Assembly: GCA_038871515.1 (NCBI GenBank)
Contig: JAVZHX010000001.1
Span: forward strand, 128,001 to 192,000
Source: Candidatus Micrarchaeia archaeon
Lineage (GTDB): Archaea > Micrarchaeota > Micrarchaeia > Burarchaeales > Fermentimicrarchaeaceae
Direction of reading: 5' to 3'
DNA: 64,000 nt
The position numbers were made by a program, and so were the translations under genes. Below the pieces are notes generated by a model. The model saw nothing but the letters and a program-made list of their open reading frames with translations, was not told the DNA's origin and made no database searches. Of the stretch, positions 36,445-45,153 are shown one piece after another; the stretch's first letter is position 1; every line of letters begins with the position of its first letter.

Positions 36445-38451
36445 ATGGTTGAGTATGAACCGATAACAAATCAGCCGTATGCTTGGGAAGTGCTTGTGAA
36501 ATGGGAAGGTTGGGAAATTGAGTTTGAGATGTATTTTCTCCCTTCAAAAAAGAAATGGCAAATTACTCTTCTTGATGTGAATGAACGTCGCAACGCTCTG
36601 GAGGAGCTCCCATTCAATTTTTACACATCGGAGAAAATTCTCAAAACTCTGGCTAAGCGTTGGAATCCGAAGCTGAGCAAAACGAAACTTGAGCAACTTG
36701 CATGTCATTTGGGAGCAGAGCTCACGGAATTAATTCAGTATCAGCTTGATTTGCCACGAGAACAAAAGAGTGTTTCTGATGAGAAACGAATTTTTGAGTT
36801 AAAGGCTCTTCTGAGTGAAGAGAAACCTGTATTTCAATCAATAGGGATGGGTTTGAATAATGGCATTTTTTATATCGGGACTAAAGTTTATAAAGATGGT
36901 AAATATTATGATGCAGTTATAACTTCTCAAAAGGAAATTTTTATTGACTGGGGAAAGGGGAATAATGAAATAAAACAAAAATTCCAGCTGAACTATCGCT
37001 TTCCATTTTACCACGAAGTTGTTGAACATTGCTGGGGTAATACTGGGGAGTATGGGATTTATACTTGGCTGTTTGGTAATCCCAAGCTTCTTTCATTAAA
37101 GGAAGTTTATGCTGACGTTTTGGAATTGGTTAAGTGGAAATACTGGCACCCTGATGAAAGAGTGTATAAGCATCATACTTTAAGCATAATTTCAAACTAT
37201 TTCCTCCCTATTTTTGAAATGAAAGGGAGAGAGCTTATTTACGGGCAAAGCGGTTGGGGAAAGACGAGGTTATCTAAGATTTATCTATTGCTTTCATTTA
37301 ACCCTGTTATGAGTGCTGATTTTTCTGATTCTTCTATTTTTAGGATAATTGAGTCGGTTAAGCCAACAATAATTATTGATAACTTTGATTCGCAGGAAGA
37401 GGAGAGGCGAAAGAGGATATTGCATATTTTTAATACTGGCTGTTATTCAAGACAAAAAACAATTCGGGCTGAGGGGAAGACATACAAGCCAACAGGATTT
37501 GGAATTTTTTCACCGATGGTTTTGAACAGCATAACTGCTTTGGATGAGATTGCAGAAAATCGCTCAAATATAACACGAACATTGAAGACTGAGAAGTCGG
37601 AGTATATCCGATTGGATGAAGATAATCCTCTTTGGGCTAAGGTGAGAAATAAGCTTCATGTATGCGCTTTGCAGAATTATAGGGATGTTAAAAAAGTTTA
37701 TGAGGAGTTGAATGAGAGTAGGTTGTTTGCACGGGAGTTAGAACGAATTATTCCAAATTTGGTTATTGCTAAGCTAATCTCTACCGAATTATATGAGGAA
37801 ATGCTCAGATTTTATGTTGAGGATACTGAGCGAAGGAAAATGCAGGATTTCAGCGATGACTGGGTTTATTTAGCCATGCAAATTATCGTTGAAAAGTTGA
37901 GTGCTGTTAAGGAGAATGAAATTGAGTTGAGTGTGGGTGAAATTGTTGAGGAATTGGCTCCCAAAATTTTTGATTCGGAAAGTGGCGCTTATGATAGAAA
38001 GAAACATGGGTTAAGTGTTGTACTTGGCTCTACTTTTAAAAATTGTTTGCTGTTTCCAGCCAGAAAACTACATGGGTATCCTGTTTATAAGTTTAGTAAG
38101 GAAGCTGTTATTCAGTTTTGTAGATTAAAAGATTATGATGAAGAAATAACAGAGAAGATAAGGCAAATGCTTTTAGATAACTCACCTAACTCTACCAACT
38201 CACCTAACTCACCTAACTCTACCAACTCACCTAACTCACCTAACTCTACCAACTCACCTAACTCACCTAACTCTACCAACTCACCCCTTGACGCTAAACT
38301 TTTGGGTGAATTGGGTGAGTTGGGTGAGTCTAAAGCCAAAAAGGTGCTCATAAATCAACAAACTGCTGAATTTTCACTTTCAGACGTAAATTCACCACAG
38401 GTTAGGAAAGTTAAGGAGATTAAACTTTCTGATGGTGATTCCCATGCTTGA
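36445..38451 (+). CDS. Large P-loop ATPase, probable replicative helicase of the element
   Basis: Walker A GQSGWGKT, Walker B IIIDN, downstream NR; C-terminal wHTH-like region and NSP/NST repeat. Confidence 0.65.
   Translation: MVEYEPITNQPYAWEVLVKWEGWEIEFEMYFLPSKKKWQITLLDVNERRNALEELPFNFYTSEKILKTLAKRWNPKLSKTKLEQLACHLGAELTELIQYQLDLPREQKSVSDEKRIFELKALLSEEKPVFQSIGMGLNNGIFYIGTKVYKDGKYYDAVITSQKEIFIDWGKGNNEIKQKFQLNYRFPFYHEVVEHCWGNTGEYGIYTWLFGNPKLLSLKEVYADVLELVKWKYWHPDERVYKHHTLSIISNYFLPIFEMKGRELIYGQSGWGKTRLSKIYLLLSFNPVMSADFSDSSIFRIIESVKPTIIIDNFDSQEEERRKRILHIFNTGCYSRQKTIRAEGKTYKPTGFGIFSPMVLNSITALDEIAENRSNITRTLKTEKSEYIRLDEDNPLWAKVRNKLHVCALQNYRDVKKVYEELNESRLFARELERIIPNLVIAKLISTELYEEMLRFYVEDTERRKMQDFSDDWVYLAMQIIVEKLSAVKENEIELSVGEIVEELAPKIFDSESGAYDRKKHGLSVVLGSTFKNCLLFPARKLHGYPVYKFSKEAVIQFCRLKDYDEEITEKIRQMLLDNSPNSTNSPNSPNSTNSPNSPNSTNSPNSPNSTNSPLDAKLLGELGELGESKAKKVLINQQTAEFSLSDVNSPQVRKVKEIKLSDGDSHA
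38179..38329. repeat. Twelve tandem 9-bp units (AACTCACCT/AACTCTACC) followed by three inverted copies
   Basis: 38179-38286 direct array; 38302-38329 TTGGGTGA(A/G) x3 is the near reverse complement. Confidence 0.9.
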
Positions 38452-38725
38452 GGTTGCTCCTTTGCAGATATACGGGTATGGAAAACCGATAAAGAACAGG
38501 AAAGGGGAGGTAGTCGGTGAAACCCTTGACGTAAAAGGTAGTCTGAGGCTTCCAAACAACGTAATAAGGGCTCTTGGGGTAGAACTCAGGAAAGGCAAAT
38601 ACAGGAAACCAATTCTGATTGAAACAAGGGAGCAGAATGGCGACGTGTTTGTTATCCTGAAGGTTTCACATGAGCTTGAGCACGATGAGATAATTGTTGG
38701 GAGGATGGAAAATGAAAGTGGTTGA
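38444..38725 (+). CDS. AbrB/SpoVT-like hypothetical protein
   Basis: KGSLRLPNNVIRALGV motif. Confidence 0.45.
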   Translation: MLEVAPLQIYGYGKPIKNRKGEVVGETLDVKGSLRLPNNVIRALGVELRKGKYRKPILIETREQNGDVFVILKVSHELEHDEIIVGRMENESG

Positions 38726-38945
38726 GTTTTATGTGGATTGGTTTGAGGTTATTCCTTATCTCATTTTGCTATTTGCAATTCTTTTCTGCTGTGTTATGCT
38801 CTTGGTTATTGTAGTTCATATTGAGAGGGGTGCGGAGTGCAATACCTCTTGGCCAAACAACACCCCACAAGAGAACACCTCACCTCCCCTAATTCCATCA
38901 CTTGCACAAATCCGCTCCCCTCCTTTCAGAGAGGTGTTTAGGTGA
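38712..38945 (+). CDS. Small single-TM protein
   Basis: VIPYLILLFAILFCCVMLLVIVV. Confidence 0.5.
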   Translation: MKVVEFYVDWFEVIPYLILLFAILFCCVMLLVIVVHIERGAECNTSWPNNTPQENTSPPLIPSLAQIRSPPFREVFR

Positions 38946-39235
38946 GTTGTATGATATGTAAGGAAAATCATACTGAAATACCAAACCTCAAAGCGTTGGG
39001 AATTTCAATTTGTAGTAGATATGAGTGTGTTCGGGAGTTTTTGAAACGTAGGAGGGGAAAACTTCCCATTTGTTTCTATTGCATTAATTATTCAAAGAAA
39101 GAGAAACTCTGCTTATGCGTAAAAGAAGGGGATGTTTTTCGTGAAATTGATTTCTCCTATCCCTGTTTTGCACTTTTCTGCGCAAAATTCACCCCAAAGG
39201 ATAGGCGTGAAGGTGAATATTTGTTAAATGGATAA
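38942..39235 (+). CDS. Cys-rich putative Zn-finger protein
   Basis: CMIC, C..C, CFYC..C..C. Confidence 0.5.
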   Translation: MSCMICKENHTEIPNLKALGISICSRYECVREFLKRRRGKLPICFYCINYSKKEKLCLCVKEGDVFREIDFSYPCFALFCAKFTPKDRREGEYLLNG

Positions 39236-39557
39236 TGGTGGTATAATGGTTAGTGAGTTGGAATATAAGGATGGAAACGTTTTGGGTAGTTTGATTTTTC
39301 AGAAGCACAGGTATGCTATTTTGAAATCCCTTTCAGAGAAATCCGATTCTCCAACCCTCCTATCCATAAAGTTGGAAATACCTGTAAAGAAGATATACGC
39401 ACACTTGAGCGTTCTCCATAAGTTTGGGTTGGTTGAGAAACTACCCAAACCCCCCTCACTCTTCAAGGAGGGGAGGAAAACACTCTATCAGCCTTACAAA
39501 ATAACAAAATTGGGGCTTCAGGTTCTTGCGGAGTATGAAAAGAAACCAGAGGTATGA
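39228..39557 (+). CDS. ArsR-like winged-helix protein
   Basis: RYAILKSL..SPTLLS..IYAHLSVLHKFGLV..YKITKLG. Confidence 0.75.
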   Translation: MDNGGIMVSELEYKDGNVLGSLIFQKHRYAILKSLSEKSDSPTLLSIKLEIPVKKIYAHLSVLHKFGLVEKLPKPPSLFKEGRKTLYQPYKITKLGLQVLAEYEKKPEV

Positions 39558-39558
39558 G

Positions 39559-39711
39559 ATGAGTTTACTTGATTTCATGGAAAAGAAACAGGCAAAGAAA
39601 CCATGCGATTGTTTAGCTTGCAGACTTGAGAGAGCAGAGGACGAAATTAAAACTCTGAGAGAAACTTTAAAGCAAATTCAACAACGATTGAATGGTGAGG
39701 AGAAATGCTGA
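39559..39711 (+). CDS. Small coiled-coil protein with CxCxxC
   Basis: PCDCLACRLERAEDEIKTLRETL. Confidence 0.45.
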   Translation: MSLLDFMEKKQAKKPCDCLACRLERAEDEIKTLRETLKQIQQRLNGEEKC

Positions 39712-39830
39712 GGCTCGGTTGTTTGTTGTTGGGGATGGGTTTGATTATTTCAGCAGTTTATCAATACCCAACCAACTTGATTGGTTTTTTTCTCTGTATG
39801 ATTGGTGCGGTTATGGTGTTGAAGAGGTGA
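39705..39830 (+). CDS. 41-aa two-helix membrane protein (not in ORF track)
   Basis: Manual translation MLRLGCLLLGMGLIISAVYQYPTNLIGFFLCMIGAVMVLKR; GGTGAGG SD; fills the gap in the operon. Confidence 0.55.
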   Translation: MLRLGCLLLGMGLIISAVYQYPTNLIGFFLCMIGAVMVLKR

Positions 39831-39834
39831 AAAA

Positions 39835-40164
39835 ATGAAATGTGAAATATGCGGGGATGAAGGCGAGCATGTTGGGGAGTGTAAGGTTTGCGGAGGGTGG
39901 TATTGCTTCACCAGATTGGCTGATGATTGTTTCGCCAAGCACCTGAAAACAAAGGAGCACAAGGATAAGATGAAATTCTATTATGAGCTCCGAAGATGGT
40001 ATGAATTTCTGGATTTCTTGATGGCTGAGCTGGGTTCAATCAAACAAGAGTTGGAAACTACTCCCAAAACCGATTACGTTGAAATTCAGAGAAAACTCCG
40101 CAAATCCAGAAAACGCCTGTTGAAATTATTCAAGAGAATTGGGTTTGAGAGGGAGGGGAGTTAA
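39835..40164 (+). CDS. Zn-finger plus coiled-coil protein
   Basis: CEIC..CKVC..C..C..H..H. Confidence 0.55.
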   Translation: MKCEICGDEGEHVGECKVCGGWYCFTRLADDCFAKHLKTKEHKDKMKFYYELRRWYEFLDFLMAELGSIKQELETTPKTDYVEIQRKLRKSRKRLLKLFKRIGFEREGS

Positions 40165-40332
40165 ATGTTTAAAAAAAAGAAAAAGGCGGGAGGAGATTAC
40201 TACATCTCAATCGCCACGGATGGGCTTGTTGTTGAGGTTTCATCCCCATCGGCAAGATATTCCAAAAGAGTGAGTGAGGGAATTCTGAGAAAAATCCAAA
40301 AAAATAAGGAAAACAACACATCATACTTGTAG
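40165..40332 (+). CDS. 55-aa basic hypothetical protein (not in ORF track)
   Basis: Manual translation MFKKKKKAGGDYYISIATDG...; abuts the previous stop codon. Confidence 0.45.
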   Translation: MFKKKKKAGGDYYISIATDGLVVEVSSPSARYSKRVSEGILRKIQKNKENNTSYL

Positions 40333-40341
40333 GTGTTTTTT

Positions 40342-40680
40342 ATGGAAGAGAAGAGTGAAGTTTTTGAGGATGAATTCAGGGTTAAGGGAGATATAAATTT
40401 TGAATTGAATTTGCAGTTGCAGATAAACCGAATTAACCAACTGCTTGCTAATCAGAATCCTATAAACAATGAGCTGTTCATCAAGAGCGTTCTGGCTCTC
40501 TCTGAAATGCTGAGCGCTTACCACGATGAGAAATTCAAAACAGAATACAAGGAGATAACAAAAGAATGTAAGAAGCCAGATTTCTGGTTCTCACTCAAGC
40601 TTTACGGAGCGTTGTGCAGACTGATGGATAGGCTGAACTTACTCCTTGAAAAATCAAAGAAGGGAAGGTTTGAGAGATGA
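40342..40680 (+). CDS. Hypothetical protein
   Basis: Coupled to the downstream ATPase by an ATGA overlap. Confidence 0.55.
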   Translation: MEEKSEVFEDEFRVKGDINFELNLQLQINRINQLLANQNPINNELFIKSVLALSEMLSAYHDEKFKTEYKEITKECKKPDFWFSLKLYGALCRLMDRLNLLLEKSKKGRFER

Positions 40681-41537
40681 GCGATAGCATAGTTGATTGG
40701 ATATACAACAGGGTGCATAAGCAGAATAAGAATTTCATGTGTGCGATAATCGGGGAAACAGGCTCAGGCAAAAGCTATTGCGCTTTGAGAATAGCTGAAG
40801 TATTGGATTCAACTTTCAACATCTCAAGGGTTTGCTTCACTCCAAACGAATTCATGGCATTACTGAACTCTGGTTTGTTGAGAAGAGGAAACTTCATAGT
40901 TCTTGATGAGGCTGGGGTTTCCATGCCAGCAAGGGATTTCATGAGCTTCACAAACAAGGCTATGAGCTATATTCTGCAAACTTTCAGGCATGAGAACTTG
41001 GGCGTGATATTCACGCTCCCAGACTTGAACATGATGGATGTTTCAGCAAGGAAACTTCTGCATGCTTTAATAGAAACGCAAGAGATTGATGCGCAGAGGC
41101 AAGAGGTTCTCGTTAAGTTCTTTTTCATCAACAACAATCCCAGATTTGGAAAGATATACGCAAGATACCCACGCTTTGTTTCTGAGGATGGAGCAGTTAT
41201 AAAGTATGATGGGTTCTACATCGGCAAGCCATCCGAAGCGTTAATTCAAGCGTATGAGGAAAAGAAAAAACAATTCACGGCTCAGTTGAAACGGGATATA
41301 TCCCTTGAACTACAGAAGCTGGAGAAGAGAAAGAACAGGGTGGATTCGGATGAATACTTCAATCAGGCGCTTGCAGACGCTCAGGAGAGGTGGAGGGATT
41401 TCATCTCTCTGAGGAAAACAACAAGGAGGATGTACATTGACAAAGCGAAGCTTAAGCTGGCTTACCCCCATATTGCTGGCGTAAAATTACCACTCCTACG
41501 TCGTATTCTGGAGTTGAATTTGAAAAGAAAACAATAA
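40677..41537 (+). CDS. P-loop ATPase resembling Zot/A32-like viral ATPases
   Basis: IIGETGSGKS, IVLDEAG, QTFRHEN..IFTLP..D..AR. Confidence 0.7.
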   Translation: MSDSIVDWIYNRVHKQNKNFMCAIIGETGSGKSYCALRIAEVLDSTFNISRVCFTPNEFMALLNSGLLRRGNFIVLDEAGVSMPARDFMSFTNKAMSYILQTFRHENLGVIFTLPDLNMMDVSARKLLHALIETQEIDAQRQEVLVKFFFINNNPRFGKIYARYPRFVSEDGAVIKYDGFYIGKPSEALIQAYEEKKKQFTAQLKRDISLELQKLEKRKNRVDSDEYFNQALADAQERWRDFISLRKTTRRMYIDKAKLKLAYPHIAGVKLPLLRRILELNLKRKQ

Positions 41538-41726
41538 ATAGGGGTATTAATTTAGATTTAATTAATAGAGTTGCAACATTTCGTTTTTAATTATCATATA
41601 GAACGTGGGGGGGGCGTAATAGCGCTTAATTAATAGTTTAATCCTTTCAGACGGAGCAGTTAAAACTTCAAATAGGCTAAAGTTTGGAGAGTTTCTTGGC
41701 TATGAGCTCCCTAACTTCTGCATCCT

Positions 41727-41873
41727 TCAGGTTTGCTTGGGTTTCAGGATTAGGTTCCCCAGATTATCAATTATGAACTCAAGCTCCATCCCTTTCCTGA
41801 ATCCTTTTGCGGTTGCTATTGCTCTTGGTATGGTTATGGAAAGCTGGTTTTTTACTTGCTGGATTTTCACCAT
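41727..41873 (-). CDS. AbrB/MazE-like protein, 48 aa (not in ORF track)
   Basis: Manual translation MVKIQQVKNQLSITIPRAIATAKGFRKGMELEFIIDNLGNLILKPKQT. Confidence 0.7.
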   Translation of the reverse strand: MVKIQQVKNQLSITIPRAIATAKGFRKGMELEFIIDNLGNLILKPKQT

Positions 41874-41969
41874 ACAACCACAAATATTTTAATAAGTATG
41901 GTGTTTAATAATAATTGAGGTTTCGGAGGCAAGGGATATTTACTCCGTCATAACATTTTTTTTGGCTTT

Positions 41970-41983
41970 GTAGCTTCGGAGCC
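41970..41983 (+). repeat. attR core GTAGCTTCGGAGCC
   Basis: Identical to 33997-34010. Confidence 0.9.
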
Positions 41984-41989
41984 ATTCAG

Positions 41990-42256
41990 TTATTTCTCGT
42001 TGAAGTAATACGATTTATCCTTCAGATTATACCTGCACTTCAGCTTTCCTGATTTCACAAGCGAGTCAAGCAGTTGAAAACAAACCTCTCCAAACCCCGC
42101 TCTTCCACAACCAACAGCTGCCAAGAAGTGCTCGCCTGTCTCGGTGAGCACATATTTTTTACCCTCTGCGCGTATAACCCCAAGTGTTTCAAAGAGAGCA
42201 AGCCCCTCCTTAATCTCCTCATCGGTGAGTTTATACTTTGGAAGAGGGTTGGCCAT
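41990..42256 (-). CDS. Small hypothetical protein (wHTH-like)
   Basis: FETLGVI..YVLTETG. Confidence 0.45.
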   Translation of the reverse strand: MANPLPKYKLTDEEIKEGLALFETLGVIRAEGKKYVLTETGEHFLAAVGCGRAGFGEVCFQLLDSLVKSGKLKCRYNLKDKSYYFNEK

Positions 42257-42286
42257 AGTTTAATTTAATATTTTTTAGTTAATAAA

Positions 42287-42565
42287 CTAAACGCAGAAAG
42301 CCTCGCTGAGTATCAGGAACATGCCTATGATGAAAACAGCAAGTTCAATAAGAAGAGTTTTTTCTCTTTTCAGGTAGAGCGCACAGGAGAATGCAATTAT
42401 TCCGCTTCCTGTGAAAATGAAAAGATAAAGATTTGAGCGGGAGATTAGCTCAGGAGTGCACTCCTGAACTGTAAAATAGCTGTGGTAGAAAAATGGCAGC
42501 ATTGCCTGTATCACGAGGAAACCTATCATCAACCCTTCCAGCATCCACTGCCTGCTCTCATCCAT
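42287..42565 (-). CDS. Small membrane protein
   Basis: Three hydrophobic helices. Confidence 0.5.
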   Translation of the reverse strand: MDESRQWMLEGLMIGFLVIQAMLPFFYHSYFTVQECTPELISRSNLYLFIFTGSGIIAFSCALYLKREKTLLIELAVFIIGMFLILSEAFCV

Positions 42566-42569
42566 CAGC

Positions 42570-42815
42570 TCACTTCTTTCCGTATTCAAACTCGCTGAAA
42601 AAGCCGTAAAGCACGATGAACACGCTCACTATCATGATTATCTGAAAAACAATAAGGTAGTTCTGATACTTCGGCGAGGTTATGCACGGGTAGCATGGAT
42701 CTGACTCAGTGATGGTTGGAGTTTGGCAACCGCAGATAATGTCATGCGCTTTGCTTGCCAGAAGAAAGCCAATTACGAAAAGAATGAAGCCCCCTATTGC
42801 GATTTTGTATTTCAT
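42570..42815 (-). CDS. Small two-TM protein with Cys-rich loop
   Basis: CGC..CYPC between two TM segments. Confidence 0.5.
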   Translation of the reverse strand: MKYKIAIGGFILFVIGFLLASKAHDIICGCQTPTITESDPCYPCITSPKYQNYLIVFQIIMIVSVFIVLYGFFSEFEYGKK

Positions 42816-42853
42816 CTATACTCTATCTGCTGGGGTGTTTAATAATTTTATCA

Positions 42854-43717
42854 TTACAACCGAGTTGAACAGTATACTCCTGCGAGAATGAGAAACCCTC
42901 CAAAAGCAGAGTAAGCGGTTAGGGTTTCTCCAAGAAATATGAATGCAAGAAGCACTGAAAAGAGTGGGACAAGGTAAACAAACACTGCTGCTTTTGACGC
43001 ATCAATGAATTTTAATGAGTATGACCAGACAAGATAGCCAAATACAGTGCAGGTTAGAGCCAGGTAAACCAAACCCATCCATCCATAGAGCGAGAGGGAG
43101 AGAAGCTGCGAGGAGGGGAGGAAAGGGAGCAGGAGCAGAGCTCCGAAAATGGAGGTGTAAACAGTTGAGAAAAGCGGTGAGTGCTTCTCAACGAATTTTT
43201 TGTTCAGCACTGTGTAAACTGCCCAGCAGAAGGTGCTTGCAAGCGAGAGCAGCGAGCCAACTACATCATTCATTCTTGTTCCAATATCCATGCTGCCGTT
43301 TGTTATCACAAGAAAGGCACCGAGGAATGCGATGAGTATTGCCAGCAGTTTTTTGAAGCTCAGCTTCTCTTTTATGAGAAAGGAGGAGAGCAGAAGCGTC
43401 ATTGTTGGGTTGAAAGCAACCATCAGAGATGCATTTGTTGCTGTGGTTAGGTTAACTCCCTCGTATTGGAGTATGTAAAGCAGGGCAACGCCGAATACTG
43501 CAAGCAGCACAAGATGCAGAAAATCCTCTTTTCTAACTCTTTCGTTTTTTATATGAAGCCAAACTGCTGCTGGAATGAAGAAGAATGAGACAATTGTGAA
43601 TCTCATAGCTGCAATTGCTGTTGGGTTGAGCTCGGAGGTGAGCTGTTTCACAACTATCCAGGAGCTGCCCCAGAAAAGGGTTGTGAGCATGAGGAGAAGG
43701 TAGATGAGCTTTCGCAC
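42854..43717 (-). CDS. EamA/DMT-family transporter
   Basis: FWGSSW, two EamA repeats, IKEKLS, LGETLT. Confidence 0.9.
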   Translation of the reverse strand: MRKLIYLLLMLTTLFWGSSWIVVKQLTSELNPTAIAAMRFTIVSFFFIPAAVWLHIKNERVRKEDFLHLVLLAVFGVALLYILQYEGVNLTTATNASLMVAFNPTMTLLLSSFLIKEKLSFKKLLAILIAFLGAFLVITNGSMDIGTRMNDVVGSLLSLASTFCWAVYTVLNKKFVEKHSPLFSTVYTSIFGALLLLPFLPSSQLLSLSLYGWMGLVYLALTCTVFGYLVWSYSLKFIDASKAAVFVYLVPLFSVLLAFIFLGETLTAYSAFGGFLILAGVYCSTRL

Positions 43718-43747
43718 AGTTCATTTTTATAGCGAAAATTAGAAAAA

Positions 43748-44029
43748 TCAATCATAGCGAATTGAGAAGGAGCTGAACTCTCCCTTGTAATCCTCCCAGA
43801 AGTGCTCAACTCTGTCAACTCTCGCACCTGGCGGTCCTTTCCTGCACCACGAAAGCAATTCCTCAAGCGCTTCCCTTTCACCCTCTGCCAAAACTTCAAC
43901 AGAGCCATCCCTTCTGTTTCTAACCCACCCAGTCAAGCCAAGGGAGAATGCTTTCCTTTGGGTGTTTGAGCGGAAGAATACACCTTGAACTATTCCGTAG
44001 ATTTCAGCGTGAAGCCGTGCTTTTGCCAT
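43748..44029 (-). CDS. acyP: Acylphosphatase
   Basis: GIVQGVFFR, GWVRNRRDGSVE. Confidence 0.95.
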   Translation of the reverse strand: MAKARLHAEIYGIVQGVFFRSNTQRKAFSLGLTGWVRNRRDGSVEVLAEGEREALEELLSWCRKGPPGARVDRVEHFWEDYKGEFSSFSIRYD

Positions 44030-44098
44030 ATTTTAATTTTTTAGGAGCATCTAATTAATTTAAATTCCTTTCCTGAGAATTTTATTCGGAGGTGTCGT

Positions 44099-45142
44099 AT
44101 GAAGGGTGAGATGAAAGCAGTTATGAAGAGGAAGCCAGCTCCAGGAGCAGAGCTTGTGAGCGCTCCAATACCGAAATTGGGACCACGTGATATTCTTGTC
44201 AAGGTAAAGGCGACTTCAATATGCGGGACTGATTTGCATATATATGAGTGGAATGCATGGGCGCAGAGGAGGATAAAGCCGCCAAGGATAATGGGGCATG
44301 AGTTTGGAGGGGAAGTTGTTGAGGTTGGCAAGGATGTTACGTTTGTTTCTGTTGGAGATAATGTTTCTGCTGAAACCCATATTGTGTGCAACAAATGCTT
44401 CCAGTGCAGGACAGGGCAGGCGCATGTGTGCCAGAATGTGAAGATACTTGGTGTTGACACGGATGGCGCATTCGCTGAGTATGTGGTTATTCCAGAGGAG
44501 AATGCGTGGGTGAACGACAAGAAAATGCCACCTGAGATAGCTTCAATACAGGAGCCGTTTGGGAATGCGGTTCATACTGTTTTTGCTGAGGATGTTGCTG
44601 GGAAAACTGTTGCGGTTTTTGGGGTTGGCCCGATTGGGTTGTGCGCGGTTGCAATATGCAAGGCGGCTGGAGCAGCGCACATTTTTGCAGTTGGAAGGAA
44701 GAATGATTACAGGCTGAACCTTGCAAAGAAAGTTGGAGCGGATACTGTGATAAAGTCAAATGAGGAGGATGTGGTTAAAGTTATCAAGGATGCAACGGAT
44801 GGCGCTGGAGTTGATGTTTCGCTTGAGATGGCTGGAAGCCAGGAGGCGATAAGCAACTGCTTCAAAGTTCTGAAATTTGGTGGAAGGGTTTCTCTGCTTG
44901 GGCTTCCTGCAGATAAAATAACGCTTGACTGGGCGGATGATATTGTTTTCAAAGCAGCAAGGGTTTATGGAATTGCTGGAAGGAAGATGTATGGCACGTG
45001 GTATACAACGGCTGGCTTGCTCAAATCTGGGAGAGTTGATGTAAAACCGATAATAACTCATAGATTCAAGCTTGAGGAGTTTGAGAAGGGAATGCAGCTG
45101 ATGCATGAGGGGAAGTGCGGGAAGGTTGTTCTTTATCCTTAG
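44099..45142 (+). CDS. tdh: L-threonine 3-dehydrogenase
   Basis: [13 protein letters not shown], Zn site CxxCxx[18 protein letters not shown]. Confidence 0.93.
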   Translation: MKGEMKAVMKRKPAPGAELVSAPIPKLGPRDILVKVKATSICGTDLHIYEWNAWAQRRIKPPRIMGHEFGGEVVEVGKDVTFVSVGDNVSAETHIVCNKCFQCRTGQAHVCQNVKILGVDTDGAFAEYVVIPEENAWVNDKKMPPEIASIQEPFGNAVHTVFAEDVAGKTVAVFGVGPIGLCAVAICKAAGAAHIFAVGRKNDYRLNLAKKVGADTVIKSNEEDVVKVIKDATDGAGVDVSLEMAGSQEAISNCFKVLKFGGRVSLLGLPADKITLDWADDIVFKAARVYGIAGRKMYGTWYTTAGLLKSGRVDVKPIITHRFKLEEFEKGMQLMHEGKCGKVVLYP

Positions 45143-45153
45143 GAGGTGGTGAG

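Larger units (their letters stand above)
33997..41983. mobile_element. ~8 kb integrated plasmid/virus-like element with tyrosine integrase
   Basis: 14-bp terminal direct repeats, integrase next to the left end, palindromic reconstructed attP, replication-like ATPase, many small regulators. Confidence 0.9.

Noticed and set aside
38133..38351. Minus-strand ORF with GEL repeats
   Set aside because: A by-product of the 9-bp DNA repeats inside the large + strand gene.
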